The notes beneath the pieces were generated by a model. The model made no database searches. It was not told the DNA's origin and worked only from the letters and a program-made list of their open reading frames with translations. From a virus: 64,000 bases of DNA. The DNA is taken from IMG/VR virus record IMGVR_UViG_3300044712_001062, positions 1-64,000 of that record, one strand, 5' to 3'. Shown piece by piece: positions 62,699 through 64,000 of the stretch. How positions within the stretch are numbered: position 1 is the stretch's first letter; each line of letters starts with the position of its first letter. Position numbers and translations under genes: made by a program.

Positions 62699-64000
62699 TC
62701 ACCCCAAGGCGATTGATAATGCAATGGCAATTGCTTGTGATACTCCACCACTTGAAGCCGGTAACTGACCACTTGGAACTTTACCATCTGCACCCAAACT
62801 TGCTATTCCATTCACATTTCCTTTACTTGATATAAAGGTATCAATCTGTGCATGAGTATTTGTACCTTGATCATAGGTGTGAGAATGAGTGCTAATAGTT
62901 CCAATTAACTTGGCTTCGATTTCAGCACCAGTTATGTCAGAATTCTTTTGGGCATCTGAAGGTGCATGAGTTGCCTGGCTATGATCATATGCAGTTTTAC
63001 CTTTATCACCGACATATGCAGTGGTTGACGATTCTCCTAATGCTAAATGCGCTGATGATATATGAGATTGGATATTAACATTGGCAGGTTCATAAACTCC
63101 AGTGTGATTATGTGTTGATATTGCATATGTTGATGTATCAATGGACCATGTATTTTCTGCAGTTTTCTTTAGTAATCCATATGTTCCAGTTAATGCTGCA
63201 ATGTTTGTTAGATCGGTATCTGCTGGTTGATATACACCACTATGATTATGTGTGGATATAGCGGCATCAGTAATTCCATAACCAGCGAGGGTAGTTGCTG
63301 GATTTTGTTTACCATTCCAAGTTGACTTTTCGGTGTCAGTTACAAAACGGTTGGTTGAATCTTGAGTAATTATACTTGGTGGGTGATTTGCTGGATGAGT
63401 ATAGTTGTTGGCATCACTTGGGGCATGTAATGATGTTATGTGGGTTTGAATTGCTGCATCGGCTGGTTCATAACTGTGAGTGTGGGAATTTATTCCACCA
63501 GTTAATACACTTTCAATTTCACTTTTAGTTATGTCAGAGTTTTTCTGGGCATTGCTTGGAGCATGTGAAGATTGGCTGTGATTGTAGGCAGTGTTACCAT
63601 AATCACCACGGAATGCCGTAGATGAAGTTGTACCGAGTGCCACACCTTCATTAATACGGACGTAAACGGTTCCAGACCACCTATATGCGTAGTTAGTATC
63701 GATGGTAATGTATGCGACTCCAGAATCGCCAGTAACTGGAAGTGCTGCATAATTGGCAACTTCAATGATATCGTCTACGTATGCGGGTAATTGAGTTGTC
63801 GGGATTTTACCACTTTCATTGAGGGATGCCAAACCATTTACTGCACCTTTACTCGCAATAAACGTGTCAATCGTTGAATGTGAATTGGTGCCTGCCCCCG
63901 ATAAGTTTTGGTGAGTGATGTTGCTTTCGTTGATATCGAGGTTTATGGAGTGGTGATCGGTGTCATCGGTTAAACTTAATTTATTACTCAATACGTGAAT
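62699..64000 (-). CDS. tail fibre protein (5' end probably beyond the window)
   Basis: NG.ASL...GK.P..QLP repeats, HxH motifs, TTLAGYGITDA, C-terminal AIALSIALG. Confidence 0.8.
   Translation of the reverse strand: MHVLSNKLSLTDDTDHHSINLDINESNITHQNLSGAGTNSHSTIDTFIASKGAVNGLASLNESGKIPTTQLPAYVDDIIEVANYAALPVTGDSGVAYITIDTNYAYRWSGTVYVRINEGVALGTTSSTAFRGDYGNTAYNHSQSSHAPSNAQKNSDITKSEIESVLTGGINSHTHSYEPADAAIQTHITSLHAPSDANNYTHPANHPPSIITQDSTNRFVTDTEKSTWNGKQNPATTLAGYGITDAAISTHNHSGVYQPADTDLTNIAALTGTYGLLKKTAENTWSIDTSTYAISTHNHTGVYEPANVNIQSHISSAHLALGESSTTAYVGDKGKTAYDHSQATHAPSDAQKNSDITGAEIEAKLIGTISTHSHTYDQGTNTHAQIDTFISSKGNVNGIASLGADGKVPSGQLPASSGGVSQAIAIALSIALG

Noticed and set aside
1140-63765. Most plus-strand and nested ORFs in the track
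   Set aside because: They are antisense or off-frame shadows of well-supported minus-strand genes, with no recognisable motifs.
62699-64000. Tail-fibre duplications as DGR template/variable repeats
   Set aside because: Both copies are in frame within one gene, differences are not adenine-specific, and no reverse transcriptase is present.

Overview
AT-rich fragment of a large tailed dsDNA virus, most likely infecting a methanogenic archaeon (Methanomicrobia-like; this host call is inference). Evidence: archaeal TATA boxes about 25 nt upstream of leaderless starts, family-B polymerase with a C-terminal PIP box, two PCNAs, an MCM-like ATPase, an ERCC4 nuclease, archaeal-type ThyA and an NrdD/NrdH/ferredoxin-disulfide-reductase set. 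Almost all genes are on the minus strand. Layout: nucleotide metabolism and replication (about 0.8-16 kb and 23-35.5 kb), a glycosyl/methyltransferase cluster (16.8-21.1 kb), about 20 kb of small accessory ORFs (37.5-57.4 kb), and tail/baseplate genes (57.4-64 kb). No capsid, terminase, primase or integrase gene was recognised. The most unusual signals are non-coding or very small: (1) eight dispersed units of TATA box + ATATTTGTATGTGC + variable G.U-rich hairpin + TTTAGAGT, arranged as four convergent pairs; (2) an about 500-nt structured RNA locus headed by two tandem anticodon-less tRNA-like domains; (3) two further promoter-equipped structured RNAs at 4.6-4.85 kb; (4) a chain of seven translationally coupled micro-ORFs; (5) a class III ribonucleotide reductase whose glycyl-radical domain is a separate upstream gene. 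All calls come from reading the sequence; no searches or folding programs were run.
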